Shown here: piece after piece, positions 39,001 to 52,535 of the stretch
Layout of the letters: the number at the start of each line of letters is the position of its first letter
Position numbering within the stretch: position 1 is the first letter of the stretch
NCBI GenBank assembly: GCA_051294375.1
Contig: CM119268.1
Coordinates: forward strand, 16,518,083 to 16,582,082
DNA length: 64,000 bases
From: Paraspadella gotoi
Taxonomy: Eukaryota; Animalia; Chaetognatha
Direction of reading: 5' to 3'
Notes under the pieces: model-generated
What the model was told of the DNA's origin: nothing
Database searches by the model: none
The model's input: the letters and a program-made list of their open reading frames with translations, nothing else
Translations under genes and position numbers: made by a program

Positions 39001-42000
39001 TTACCAGGATTAAAACTCTATATATTCCACTACTATTTTTTTATTCTCTCATGTTTATTTTTATGCATTAAAATTTCTTATAAAGGTAAAAATACTCTCT
39101 TAATTTTTTTTTTTTTCGATAAAGGAGATGAATCTTTTTTGTCTTATACGGCTCTTCCAGTAGCTCTCAAGAATATATCCCCGGCTATGTATAGCAAAAT
39201 GTTAGATCGATTAAAACCGAGTTAAATAAGAGATAATGGCGCTAATTACAATATAGAGCCTCAAATTAAATTAACTTAATACATAATACTTTGACATTTG
39301 TTATTTACTTAAAGATGAGTGATTAAACTTTTCTCGCCTCAGGAAGAGTAGAGTTAAGGGAATTGCATGATTGTAAAGCATGTAGATAGTATGAAGAGAG
39401 AAAGGATGTGGAGAGCGGAAGTAAGTAAGAGCAAGCATGATGATGTTATATGTGTGAACAGGATACTTTGTTAAGAGGGTTGTGCCAGTATTCATCGCTT
39501 AAATACAGAAAGCGTCAGTAACATCGCTAGAAGCTGACTAATGACTCATTAATAAATAAAATCTATATCATTAGAATTGAGTTGGAGTGTAATAGATAAG
39601 TGGAGATGTGATAGACAGGCATTATTTTGCGGGAGAGAGACGGAGAGTGCTAGAGAGGAAAAGAGAGTAGTAAGTGTGTGAAAGTATAAGTATAGGCGTT
39701 AACCGCGAGTGTATGCGACAATTCTATTACAGAGAAACAGAGATATATGGAAACTATTAGGCAATATAATTAATAAAGAACACTTTGTATCAGAACGACA
39801 GAAAGACAGACACGGAGCATTATCTTTACTCAATCACAGGTCACAAAAATTCCTATCAATGTACACACATAGTTGAACGAGTAGAGCGCTCTATTCACAC
39901 ATACGATTGTAGAACATAGATTTCGAAGCTATCTCTAGTAATCCACTAGAGTCTTATATATATATAACTGTAAATACTGACTCATGCTTAGCGATGAGAG
40001 CTAATACCCCTTCTTATACTCAATCACTAAACCGACTACAGAAGCATGAACTATTCAGTTTTTAGCTTTAATATATCTCTAAATTATCTAGTAAGAAGCG
40101 GAGCTTAGAAAAGAACTATTATTTATATCACATGATTATAGGATTAGAATAGGTTTGAGTGAAATCTCTTCATATAGAGTTGGTAGAGGAAAATTAATTT
40201 ATGATTTAGTTTCGACGAAAAACTGATTTTTTATTGTGGGTATACAGATTATGTCATCTGACAATATGTTTATTACGAACGTATACTATTTCGTTCATCA
40301 TCAGTGCTTTTAACTCTTCTTGTTACAGCACTTGTCATATTATTCGTGAGTTCTTAAAGAGTATGGGTATATCCTAATAATTTAGGGACAAGCACGAGGA
40401 GGACGAAAGAGAGAGTAAAGTAGCTCACCAAAACAATACACTCTCCTCCTGTACTCTCGCTCTACTCTCCACTCATCCGGGGTCTCATGCACGCGCGAGA
40501 CCTTGTTCTCTTGGACGTCAGTTGGCCCCAGTCAGCTACCTCCTCTCAAGCATCTCCTTCAACTGTAGCTAACCCGGGACGACTCCTATGCCCGTGTCTC
40601 GCCTCAACCTCCACAAGTCACGTGCTCTCGCACTGAAGATGGCGGGGTCCCTTGAGCTCCAGCTGCACAAGCAAGCAGAAAGGGACTCATCTCACAGGCC
40701 ACCTCCTTCAGCATGCTACGTGAGCATGACGCGCACTAGTCTGGCTAAGCTTGCACTCGACAGGCTTCCTCGGTCTGTCGATGTTAAGCAGTTATGCAAT
40801 GAGGCTGGTACTCCAGACACTAACCGACGGAGATCACGGACCGTCAATTCCGATCGCACCTCCACTATTCTCCATTTAGACCCTCTAGGCCGAACCACGA
40901 CGAGAGCATGACACAGATAGAGACCTCGATCTGACACGGCCTGATAAAGGGGGAGGGGAGAGGAGAGCTCGATTTGTGGAGAGAGGATTGACGTATTTCG
41001 TATGTAGAATATGTTTCTATTTGTCACCACGAGATACAGTCAATTTGTATGCAGAACGTAGTATCCAAGATAGTTCAGAAGCAGCCAAGAGATGAAAAAC
41101 TGAGTATATAGTACTATGAGATGGTTATCATTGGTTATAATCTTCTAGTGTTCTCAGTTGGATTTTATAAATTTGAGCTTATAGACGATATACGAGCTAC
41201 GATATTCAATTTATGGTCTAGTAATCTTCCGAGCTATTGAGACTTATTTTTAAGTTCGTTACATGTCTCGTTCACGAGTTCACTCGTCTGTCACACGTGT
41301 CGATACGTACTGAGTTCTCACCTGCTCTGTATTATGATCTTCTCCGAGGATAGCCAGATCGCTGGTTGCCACATGCACACGGACGGGAGCATGATAAAAA
41401 AGGTTAGTACGAGCCTCTGCGTAACAGATAACTCATGAAAGTTGTGTTGAGAGCTTAGCGCCAATGTGTGAGTCACTGTTGTACTTTCTTTTCTCTCTTA
41501 GACTTCTCTCCGTATCTCCGCGCGCTCCTTCTATCTAATCACGTTGGAGCGTCATCCCAACATCTCTCTTTGCTATTTCCATCGTTTCAAATATTACGTT
41601 CGAATCATCGTCTCTGCTCTACCTATAACAAATAAAAATTCTGTTGCTAGAACACAACTTATTCTAAATATATTGTTATTCTTCGTCTAAATATATATAT
41701 ACTTTATCACAAAAAACAAAATATAACAAGCCGTTTACAATTGGTACACTAATTCTATTTTCTTTTTGTAATTGAAGTTGTAATACAGTGTATTCTCCAA
41801 TTTTTTATTTTATATTAAAATTTAGATAAAGCTTCTTCTGGTTATAAAATTGTCCAAAAGTATTTTTTTGTATGAATATGTCTGTTTCAATATGGATTTA
41901 CTGCAATTAATTCAAATTGGATTATAGTACTCTATAACTAATTTTCATATTAACAGAATGTAATTTGCATATCTGCAGTAAATCAATCAATGAAGAAAAA

Positions 42001-42160
42001 TTTCAAACAAAATAATTGAGTTATATATGAAAGCATGACAATTGCAAAGATCTTAAAAGATAAGAAACCATGTGTAATATTTTTGAACCTACTATGATCG
42101 CACTCTTTATATCCATTCTTATTAATTGAAGGGGATTTTTTTATATTAGGAGACCTCTCC

Positions 42161-42220
<60 letters not shown>

Positions 42221-42633
42221 CGGAAAAGGCTTTCCGGTGAAATCCTCGTCTCATCCTTCTCATCCCGGGTAAGGTCGTTTTGTGGCCTACCTCATCCGCT
42301 GCCGTGGCGGCGGGGGGGATAAAAGGAAGTTGGGTGAAATGCCAATACGGGATTTGACCGCGCGAATTTTCTTTCCGTCCTTGATGGGCGTCGCGGTCGT
42401 CGTTCGTCGTCGTCGTCGTTTGTGGTGTCGTCGTTCTTTAAATTCGACGGCGATATTTTATAACAAGTCAGTGAAAGAAATAGGATTCGAATGTAGCAAT
42501 GCAGTTTGACATCATAAGAATAAATTTATGTAAACGTTGATATGATTCACGAATTTGTTATGATAACTTGTTTTGACATAAGTTAAAAAATGAGAAGTCA
42601 AATATTCCNNNNNNNNNNNNNNNNNNNNNNNNN

Positions 42634-42668
<35 letters not shown>

Positions 42669-45600
42669 TTTTAAAAATTACTGCGTTGTTTTAAATTATT
42701 AGTCTATCTTTAAAAGATATGACAAGTGGAAGAAGTATACATAATTAGAAAATATGCCACAATATCCAAAAAAATTAATTTCCATCCTGAGCTAACTAAA
42801 TCCAATCATGTAAAGTTATATCCTCATATATATAAAAAAGTATATAATTATATATGTAAAAGGGTTTGCCAGTGATCGTTTCAAATGTCTGGAGAATAAA
42901 TACTCGTCATTCCAGTTGAAATTCGCCGAGGGTTTTGCGTCGTCGTCGTTGTCGTCGTCGTCGTCGTCTTCTTATTCCAATTCCACTTCATCCTTGTTTC
43001 TATTTTCCTCCTCCTCCTCTTTCTCCCTTCCTCTTCCTCCGCCACCGTCTCTCCCCCGCAAAACTTACCATCAACTCACCAACCTTCGGTTTGTGATCAG
43101 TTCCTTACCCATCTTTTACATTCGCCCCCCTTAAATCCGTAAATTCTCNNNNNNNNNNNNNNNNNNNNNNNNNNNNNNNNNNNGAGAAACAGCTAGAGGG
43201 ATCACAGTATGTCATCACTCCGCGGGAAATTCTGTAGAGATGAGTTATCCCTTGGCATCGATCTCATCGTCGTCGTAGTCGTCGTTGTCGTCGTCTTTAC
43301 CGACGAGGCCGCCCTCTCACCACAAAAAAAAAAGGGAGAATATGGTTGAGTCATTGTTATGCAGATTAGATGGCGTCGTTTCTGACTCGAATTAGCCTCA
43401 GTCTCAACTAAGGATTCACTCTCTTTATTATCACATTACNNNNNNNNNNNNNNNNNNNNNNNNNNNNNNNNNNNNNNNNNNNNNNNNNNNNNNNNNNNNN
43501 NNNNNNNNNNNNNNNNNNNNNNNNNNNNNNNNNNNNNNNNNNNNNNNNNNNNNNNNNNNNNNNNNNNNNNNNNNNNNNNNNNNNNNNNNNNNNNNNNNNN
43601 NNNNNNNNNNNNNNNNNNNNNNNNNNNNNNNNNNNNNNNNNNNNNNNNNNNNNNNNNNNNNNNNNNNNNNNNNNNNNNNNNNNNNNNNNNNNNNNNNNNN
43701 NNNNNNNNNNNNNNNNNNNNNNNNNNNNNNNNNNNNNNNNNNNNNNNNNNNNNNNNNNNNNNNNNNNNNNNNACTCATAGGAAACCCTTTTAAATTCTCC
43801 TTTTCCTTCAAAGTCATTGCTTTACTTTCCCTTCCTCTCACCATCTTCTCATTCCTTCAGTTTTTGGTCTCCGTTTAAAAAAAGCGTCTCCAGTTGTTGG
43901 CGACGCGTTGCCAAGCGACGCTGCCAAAAAAACTCTTCGAACTCCCGTCGCGTCGGAAAGCGGCGATGAGTTGTGGTTGGGAATGGGGATGTGAAGTTGA
44001 TTGGTGGGGCTCACGTGATGGGTTGTGAGTGGCTGAAGAGAAAATAGTTAATTCGGTAGGGTAATAATAATGATTTTGGGTCGGAGACTGAAAAATAATG
44101 GCAATCGTNNNNNNNNNNNNNNNNNNNNNNNNNNNNNNNNNNNNNNNNNNNNNNNNNNNNNNNNNNNNNNNNNNNNNNNNNNNNNNNNNNNNNNNNNNNN
44201 NNNNNNNNNNNNNNNNNNNNNNNNNNNNNNNNNNNNNNNNNNNNNNNNNAAGAGAAAATGAAAAGTGCGGTCAGAGAAAAGCCCCTTGGAATTTTGCGAT
44301 AGACATTAATGTATCTGTGACAGAGATGGAAGTATAATGAATAATGGAAGAAAGTGAAAACAGTGAAGGTATGGACGAGCAATGACAGTGAAAAACGGTG
44401 AGGACAGATCTGACTTACTCCACGAAAGAAGATGATTGATGGTAATAAGTAAGTCTTTGCCGCCATTTTGTAACATCATATGTCAAGGTGAGAGGTTTGG
44501 AAATTTACTGCATCTACCATCTAGTATTGAGAAAAATAATTTTTAAAAATAAAGTAATTACTAAATGCCCCCCCTTTCCCCATCTTCAACCCTTTCCATA
44601 ACCGAGATTGAAGACAAAAACAAAACTCGTTACTTTTTCCCCCGAAACTCAAAGTCGTTTCTTTGTCAAAAACCAAAAAAAAAAAACCAAAAAAAATGAA
44701 TGGAAAGGTGGAAAGAAAAAAGAAAATCAAAAAAAAGAAATCAGTCTCGAGCTAAAAGAGAAAATAAAGCTTCCTCCNNNNNNNNNNNNNNNNNNNNNNN
44801 NNNNNNNNNNNNNNNNNNNNNNNNNNNNNNNNNNNNNNNNNNNNNNNNNNNNNNNNNNNNNNNNNNNNNNNNNNNNNNNNNNNNNNNNNNNNNNNNNNNN
44901 NNNNNNNNNNNNNNNNNNNNNNNNNNNNNNNNNNNNNNNNNNNNNNNNNNNNNNNNNNNNNNNNNNNNNNNNNNNNNNNNNNNNNNNNNNNNNNNNNNNN
45001 NNNNNNNNNNNNNNNNNNNNNNNTCTCTCTCTCTCTTTCACACCGTTTCCATCCCATCTTCCCTGTTTTCATCCTTTTTATTCCCCCTTCAAACGTCGAC
45101 ATTCGCCAGTTGTGTTCGAATTTCTTTTAAATACGTTTTAAATATCAAAGTTTTCGCGCAAATAACGAAAAATAATGCGTTTGTGCAATTTTTTATTTTG
45201 GACAATGTGTCCTAAAATCGGCTATAATCCTATATACAAAATTTTTATAAAATAAAAAGAAAAAAAATACCGCGTTGGGCTTTTGACTTATATTTAAACC
45301 TTTTTCTGTGGCTACAATTCGAAATAAATATTTCAACATTATGATGGTACTCACACCGGTTAAAAGTGGGGAAGTAATTGTCAGAAAGGATTTATTATAA
45401 CGATGGACAAAAAATGTCAAAGTCGAGCTTTCAACCAAGATCAGGAAATGGGAATAGAAGTGAGAAAAAAAATAGAGTTGTGATATGGGATATGATAAAG
45501 TAAAGATGAAATGACGGGTGAAGGAAGAAAGGAAAGCGGAGAAAAGATATTGGGAGCGAGGCCGGTGGGCTGAGCGGAGACGAAGTATTTTACCGAAAAA

Positions 45601-46119
45601 AAAATGTAACAAAAATTAAATAGAAATTGTAAATTCTACTTCATTTCTATTTCTAACGATCTCATCACCGGTGCCCGTCTCTCTCTCTTTCCTTTGATCT
45701 CCACACAAAAGGAATTCTGTCTTTAATTCGGAAATTCGATCGCCTGCAGAGCTTAAATTCACTGTGGTGGAGGGAAGATAGACTTGATACCACTGTGAGG
45801 TTGGCGGTGGTCGCTCGGCCCACTGAGGAGGACGGTGACATAAAATCGAAAATTGATTCATTTAGGGTCATGATGGAACGATACAAAAATAAATAACAAT
45901 AAAAAAAAAAAGAAATTTAGCCTCGTTCCAAAAAAAAAATAAATAAATAAAATTAATTTTTTTTTTCAAAAGGTGCCGACAATCCAAATTTTATTAACGA
46001 TCTAAAATCAATCAGAAAATGTCTTGAAAAATTTTAAAGGTCAAACCGTGGCTTCTTTGTCGTGGACTTCTTTTTATCTNNNNNNNNNNNNNNNNNNNNN
46101 NNNNNNNNNNNNNNNNNNN

Positions 46120-47165
46120 ACACTCTCTCTTCTCCTCTCTCTCTCCTCTCTCTCTTCTCTCTCTCTCTCTTCTTCTCTCTTCTCTCTCCTCTCTCTCTCT
46201 CTCTCTCCTCCCCAAAAAACGTCTCCCCCCCTTCTTCTCTCAGTTTTTTAAACCTTTGTTTCGGTTCTAGATTTCGGTGTTCCATGAACTGTTGTGCAAT
46301 GAGAGAGAGAGAGCACCATAGCCACCGCGAGAGAGCCAGCCACGTCTTGTCATCGTCGTCGTCCTCGTCGTCGTCGTTCGGCGCCCGTCGTCGTTCTCAT
46401 CGTCGTCTGCGTCCTCTCGAACCTTTTCGTACCATTGATGCATTTCTCCGGCGCTTCGTCTTCTTTTATACCCTTGTCTTTTTTTTCTTTTTTTCTTTTT
46501 TTGCGGTTACACTTACGACGTAGATTTCATTATTTTTTAAATCTCCGCGGAACTCGTTAAGAACGACGCGTATCATGTTGATATTTTGTTAAATCCGCTT
46601 ATGATACTAATCCTTATCTCATCNNNNNNNNNNNNNNNNNNNNNNNNNACACTCTCTCTTCTCCTCTCTCTCTCCTCTCTCTCTTCTCTCTCTCTCTCTT
46701 CTTCTCTCTTCTCTCTCCTCTCTCTCTCTCTCTCTCCTCCCCAAAAAACGTCTCCCCCCCTTCTTCTCTCAGTTTTTTAAACCTTTGTTTCGGTTCTAGA
46801 TTTCGGTTTCCATGAACTGTTGTGCAATGAGAGAGAGAGAGCACATAAGCCCACCGCGAGGAGAGCCAGCCACGTCTTGTCATTCGTCGTCGTCCTCGTC
46901 GGTCGTCCGTTCGGCAGCCCGTCGTTCGTTCTCAATCGTCTCTGCGTCCTCTCGAACCTTTTCGTACCATTTTGATGCATTCTCCGGCGCTTCGTCTTTC
47001 TTTATATACCCTTGCTCTTTTTTTTCTTTTTTTCTTGGTTTGGTTGACACTTACGACGTAGGATTTCATATTTTTTTTAAATCTCCGCGGTAACTCGTTA
47101 AAGAACGACCCGCGTTATATGTTGATATTTTGGTTAAATCCGCTATGATACTAATCCTATCTCAT
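46120..47165. repeat. Tandem ~500-bp duplicate between N-gaps (probable assembly artefact)
   Basis: 46120-46623 recurs at 46649-47165 with indel noise; each copy starts immediately after a gap. Confidence 0.75.
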
Positions 47166-49414
47166 CCCCAACCTCCCCCCCCCCCTGTTTGTTTCCAGAT
47201 ATTCGCCGAGGGCTAAGTTACGTTTTTCTTGCTTCAGGGTATCCTCGTTTTCAGTTATTATACAAACAATATACAAACGCTTTTTCGCTTTATTCGTGTT
47301 GTTTGTGTAACAAGGCAACTACGAACATTATTACAACAATTATTCCGTCGATATGTACAATTATTCTCCGTTTATTTTCTACTCATCTCCAAATATTCTT
47401 GTTTTAATTTTTGAGTCGGATCGACGAAATTAATAAATAACAAACGAAGATCGTTCACATTTATTTTCCACCGTCGAAGAAAAAAAAATAAATAAACTAA
47501 ACTGAACGACGAAACATAAAAAAAAAATAATTCCACAATCACAATACTCGTGCTCGTCTCTACTCCATAAATGTGCCTCCTCTTCTTATATCCTATTGTT
47601 ACGTTTTTCTCTTTATCTCTCTCTCTCTATCTCTCTCACTCTCACTCGCTGTTTGTTGACAACATAACTTTTTTTGTTAAAACGTCTTCATCTGTGCATC
47701 CGTCGTTGTAAGCCAGCCAATCCTCAGCAGGGTTTTAAGATTGATCAATTTAACGAAAAGGTAAGGATTGAATATGACTATTTAAGTGTTTAACCAATTG
47801 ACTTTTTATAATTTTAAACATTATCATTACGAACAGAATTTGAAGAACTCGGTCCGAAGAAACCGCGTCGGGAAAGGTCAGTATAAAAAACAATCCATTG
47901 TCAACCTTTTTATAAAGGAATAAACGTTTAAACCGATGTGTGCTTCAATATTTATACAAAACTACTTACATTTCAATAATTCTCTTTCACTTCCCCAGGC
48001 CCCCTTTAACTCATTTCCAATACGGGCCCGCCCCAATCTACTTCCCAACTCATATTAACTCTCTACCCTCACTCAGCCCACCCCCCACTACCCCCATTTT
48101 GAACGAACCCTTTCTGAGATCGTCTTCATCGTCTTAGTCTTCGAGGAAATTCGCAGGGTATTTGAATCCCCCAAGGAGGAAAACCATTCATTCTCCATCC
48201 TACAAAAAAAAAAAAAAAAAAAAATAGAAACTAAAAAACTTGAAAAAAAAAAAACTGATGTCGCCTCCAATTTTCTTTTTTTTCCCTTTCGAATTGGCGT
48301 TTTTAGAATAACCCTGACTCAGGCGTTCGAGAAATCGTAACCATGATTTAAAAATTTAGGAAAAAAAAAATGGGGGAAAGATGGAAGATTTACAACTTTA
48401 AAATTGGTACAGTTAGCAAGGTCCTTTTTTAACATTTAAACAAAAATTAAAGAACAATACAACAGACAAAAAAACTTTGAACAAAAAAAAAAGGAAACTA
48501 AAGGGATAATAAAGACTAAACTCGGAGCCACGCCCAACCGGTTATCACCCCGAACCGCTCTCGTTCGTTCCATCCAATCTCACGACGCAAGATTGGCCGA
48601 CGACGCCGTGACGACCTTCGAGTCTCACTTCGCCTTCCCGAGTCGTGGCGCCCACACTCCGGAACACTCCTGCCGGCCGCCGGCAAAGCCTCTTCGCCCA
48701 CCTGGCCGCCGCGGAGTTGCTCCGTGGTAGGACTCCGGCACGAAGGCGGTCCCCCGTCGCCGGAAGCCACGGCCCCCTTTCGCCGACGCCGACGAAGGAC
48801 TCGGCGGCGCGTCGACGCCGCAACGCCCGGTCCTTTCCGGTCTCCCATTTAAACCTTTGGACTCTGCATCCTCCATCCGCGCGTCCTTATCACACAACGA
48901 CGCCTCCGCCTCCGGCCTCCGCCTCGCCGCCCACCTCAAACTTACTCACCTCCGTCTCCTCTCCAACCTCCTCCTCCTTTCCTTTCCAACTTCTTCTCCT
49001 CTTCCTCCTCCATTCCTCATCTTCCTCCTATATTCTCGAGAATTCCTCGCGCGCTCTTCCAAACTCGTCGAACTTCGATCCTCTGCGACGTCGTTCTCGT
49101 CAGTCGTCGACTCGGCGCCGCCTTTCGGGTCCGCGACGACGACGACGACGGACAGAGAGCGGAAGGCGGACGGGGGGCGGGCGAAGCGAGGATCCCCGCC
49201 CATCGCCTCGTTCTCGCCGCGGCCTCGCCCTTTCTTTCGATCCCAGCTGGACGGCGGGGCCTTGGACGGAGAGTAGGAGGAGAGTTCAACTTCAAAATAC
49301 CGCAGGTGAGGATTTCGGTAGAGGAGCTGGGTGGAGACTGGAGAGGGTAGGGACGTGAAGAAGTTTACGGCAAACTGAAATGGAGAGAATAAAGTTTCAG
49401 GATAGTGTATTGAG

Positions 49415-49457
<43 letters not shown>

Positions 49458-51119
49458 ACTCTCTCTCTCATGGACTATACTCAGGAAGGCCTCGTATCAG
49501 CGGCAGCCTCCGGAGCAGCCGCGCGGCGGCCGAGCGGCTGACCCTCCCTGCCTTCGACTTATTCGCTCGGCTCATCTTACTCCCTTCTTCTTCCTTCTCC
49601 TTATCTCCCTGATCCGCGCGGCGCAAATTCGATTCGACGGAGCCGCAGCTACTGATTACTCTTTTCTCTCTCTCTTACACTCTGGTCTTCTCTCTGCCTC
49701 CGAGCGGAACGATCTGGGAGTTTTTTTTTTAGGAGATAAGGGCCTTTTTGAAAATTAAGCAAGAATTAATGAAAGAAAGAAAGATATTCGGAAAGAAAGA
49801 AAGAAAAAGGAAGGAAAAAACAAGAAAGAAAGGAAGAAGAAAGAAAGATGGAAATAAATAATTTAGATCAATTTTTGTTCTTACAAGAAGTCATGAACCT
49901 TTCGATGTTTATAAGATATTTTTTTACCTTATAAATGTACTCTTCTGAAATACTTTAGCAACTGTTTGGATGAAAAAATTATTCTAAATTTACAAATTAA
50001 CAAAAATTGACTGCATCGAGATAAACTTTCACGTTAAAATGTCGTTTTCTATTATTGTTAAAATCGTTTTTAAAATATGGAGGCTATCATGGACGCCAAA
50101 AATATGTCTCAACTAAAAACTGGCCTCGGGAAAAAATAAAGAGAGAGACGAAAGGGGCAAAGTCAAAAAAAAATTATTACAATGTTGAATTGATTTTTTA
50201 ACATCGTTTTGTTTTCCGAATTATCTATTTTAGCTGACGGACAATCAGTAGGCATAAAGAAAAAAATTGTTAAAAAAAAGTTTTATTAACAATTATGAGA
50301 ATTAAGTCAAAATAGTGAAATAAATTAAACACCGTTTATATTTGCTGTTGTCGATGATACAATTAAAAATAAGTTGTGTCTAAAAAGTCTCGCAACAGTT
50401 TTTAACTTTGTCTTTTGTCTGGGAAAGCTGCCTTAGTGTTGTTACTGTTTTTGAGAGTGCCCTATAGCTGTACCAGGCAGCCAGAATTGTTTTTTAATCA
50501 TTTTTATCATTTTTAAATTATTTATAATATAAATTTCAAATTTAATTCTGTATTGGTTTGTGTTTCACGTTTGAAAAAATATATATACCAAAGAAAGAAA
50601 GAAAAGTAGAAGAAAAAAATGAATCAAGAGAAATTAAAAAAAAAAATTAAATGTCTGATTAATTGAAGGAAAATGAATGAAAGAAATGTAGTTACAGTTT
50701 TGACGCTCTAAATAAAACGAAAATGAAAGACAACAAAATACATAAATAAAACATTATCATAAGTAAAAATTTTTAAAAAGATTATGTTTATTCAGTTATT
50801 TGTAATAAATACCTGAAAATGACAAAATTAAAGAGTGTGAGGATGATAAAATATTATATTAAAAAAAAATAAAGAGAAATAGAGAGGCAAGAAAGCAACG
50901 GAATAGAGATGAAGAGCAAGAAGAAAGGAGCGATAGAGAGAGAGAGATCCGGCCCGAACCCGCTCCGGACAGTCGACCGAAGAAGCCCGACCTCACCATC
51001 GAGAGAGAGAAAATCTCCGATCCGAGCGGAAGAAGCCCGGAAGGAGAAGTGAGTCGGTCGGCAGCGCGGCGCCGCGTGCTCCGGTGGACGGCTGCACGTC
51101 GGGAGAGCTGAGTATATGA

Positions 51120-51124
51120 CTCCT

Positions 51125-51159
<35 letters not shown>

Positions 51160-51167
51160 TCTCTTCT

Positions 51168-51199
<32 letters not shown>

Positions 51200-51293
51200 A
51201 CTCTCTCTCTCTCTCTCTCCTCTCTCTATCTCTCTCTCTCTCTTCTCTCTCTCTTCTCTCTCTTCTCTCTCCTTCTCTCTTCTCTTCCTCTCT

Positions 51294-51332
<39 letters not shown>

Positions 51333-51336
51333 TCTC

Positions 51337-51368
<32 letters not shown>

Positions 51369-51370
51369 CT
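51120..51370 (+). repeat. (CT)n microsatellite, one of many (GA/CT)n tracts in the window
   Basis: About 250 nt impure CT repeat; similar tracts at 22361, 29511, 31649, 32930, 34078, 42160, 49417 and 52490. Confidence 0.9.
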
Positions 51371-52491
51371 TATCAATGGATCAGTTCCAGGAGAAATCCT
51401 ATCCAAGAGAAACCGAGAGCCGAGAGTCGTCCGACTAATCGATAAACAGACGTCGTCATCGCCGTCGTCGTTCGTCGGTCTGGTCATCGTCCAATAAAAT
51501 CCTCGATACGCATCGATTCCAGTCGCTGATTGGTCGATCGAGGATCCGGTCGCTTGACCGAGGGTTTTCGATCCTTGACCGAATGACGCGCTGCTTCGCG
51601 ATTATTTGAATGAAAGACATACGTTAAGGGACGAAGGAATCGCTTCGGTTCAATGACTTGACTTGAGAGGCATTCCTTATAAAAGAGAATACCTCATTCT
51701 CAAAGCTGTCTTAGGTGGGAAAAGAGGGGAATCGGGGAAGAGAGGGGGGAGTGGGGGGTAGGGGATGGGGAAGGGAAGAAAGGGGGGAGATGACCAAGTG
51801 CAGGTTGACTGGGCCTGGCCCACTCCGTTACTCAAGAAGCATTTTGGGATAACGCCTTTCTGCTTTTCCTTCGGGTGGTCTACTTGAGCCTCTCGTCTCT
51901 TTTTCCGCGTAGAGGTAGAGACGTACTGCTATCGATGGAGTCTCTTCCGATTTCCTTCGGTTGTCCATTGCGGGAAATCGTAGGCCTCGGGCGAAAGATC
52001 GTCATTGAGTGAGAACCGAATTTGAGAGCCGCTTTACTGGACCATCTCCCGAGTCACGAGAAATCGTCTCGGTTTTATTGAAATTAGAGAAAAGATTAAT
52101 ATTTGTTTACAATACGGTTTGTCTTTACGAATGTTTGTCCCAGATTCGCGAAACGCGGTTGACATTGCAGTTGGCAGAATTGACTTTACTGTATTTTTCA
52201 AAGTTTCAATGTGTTTTCTTGTTTTTGTACTTGAATTTTTCGTCATAAAAACCGATCCGCGTTTTGCAATGAAACTGACAAACAATAAAACGGTTTTTAT
52301 TTTGGAAAGAAAACAATTGAGAATAAGAAAGAAAAAAAGAAGAAAAGAAAGAAAAAAATAAGAAAAGAAAGAGACATCCATTGAGAATAAAACCCAAAGT
52401 GAATGGACTGGCGTCTCTCGTGTTTACCAGTGGAACGACCTTCATGCCAACCAAGGTCACTGACACTCGGTGAGCTCGTTCTCCCGTTTTG

Positions 52492-52535
<44 letters not shown>

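Noticed and set aside
36000-41600. GC-balanced stretches and small ORFs (e.g. 37699-38091, 40588-40911)
   Set aside because: They look like low-quality raw-read fill, with no codon pattern, splice structure or homology.
48516-48939. Neurotrophin-like fragments (SLCD.., GWAWLRV) on the minus strand
   Set aside because: The fragments lie in different frames and the required cysteine pattern and CxC end are absent.
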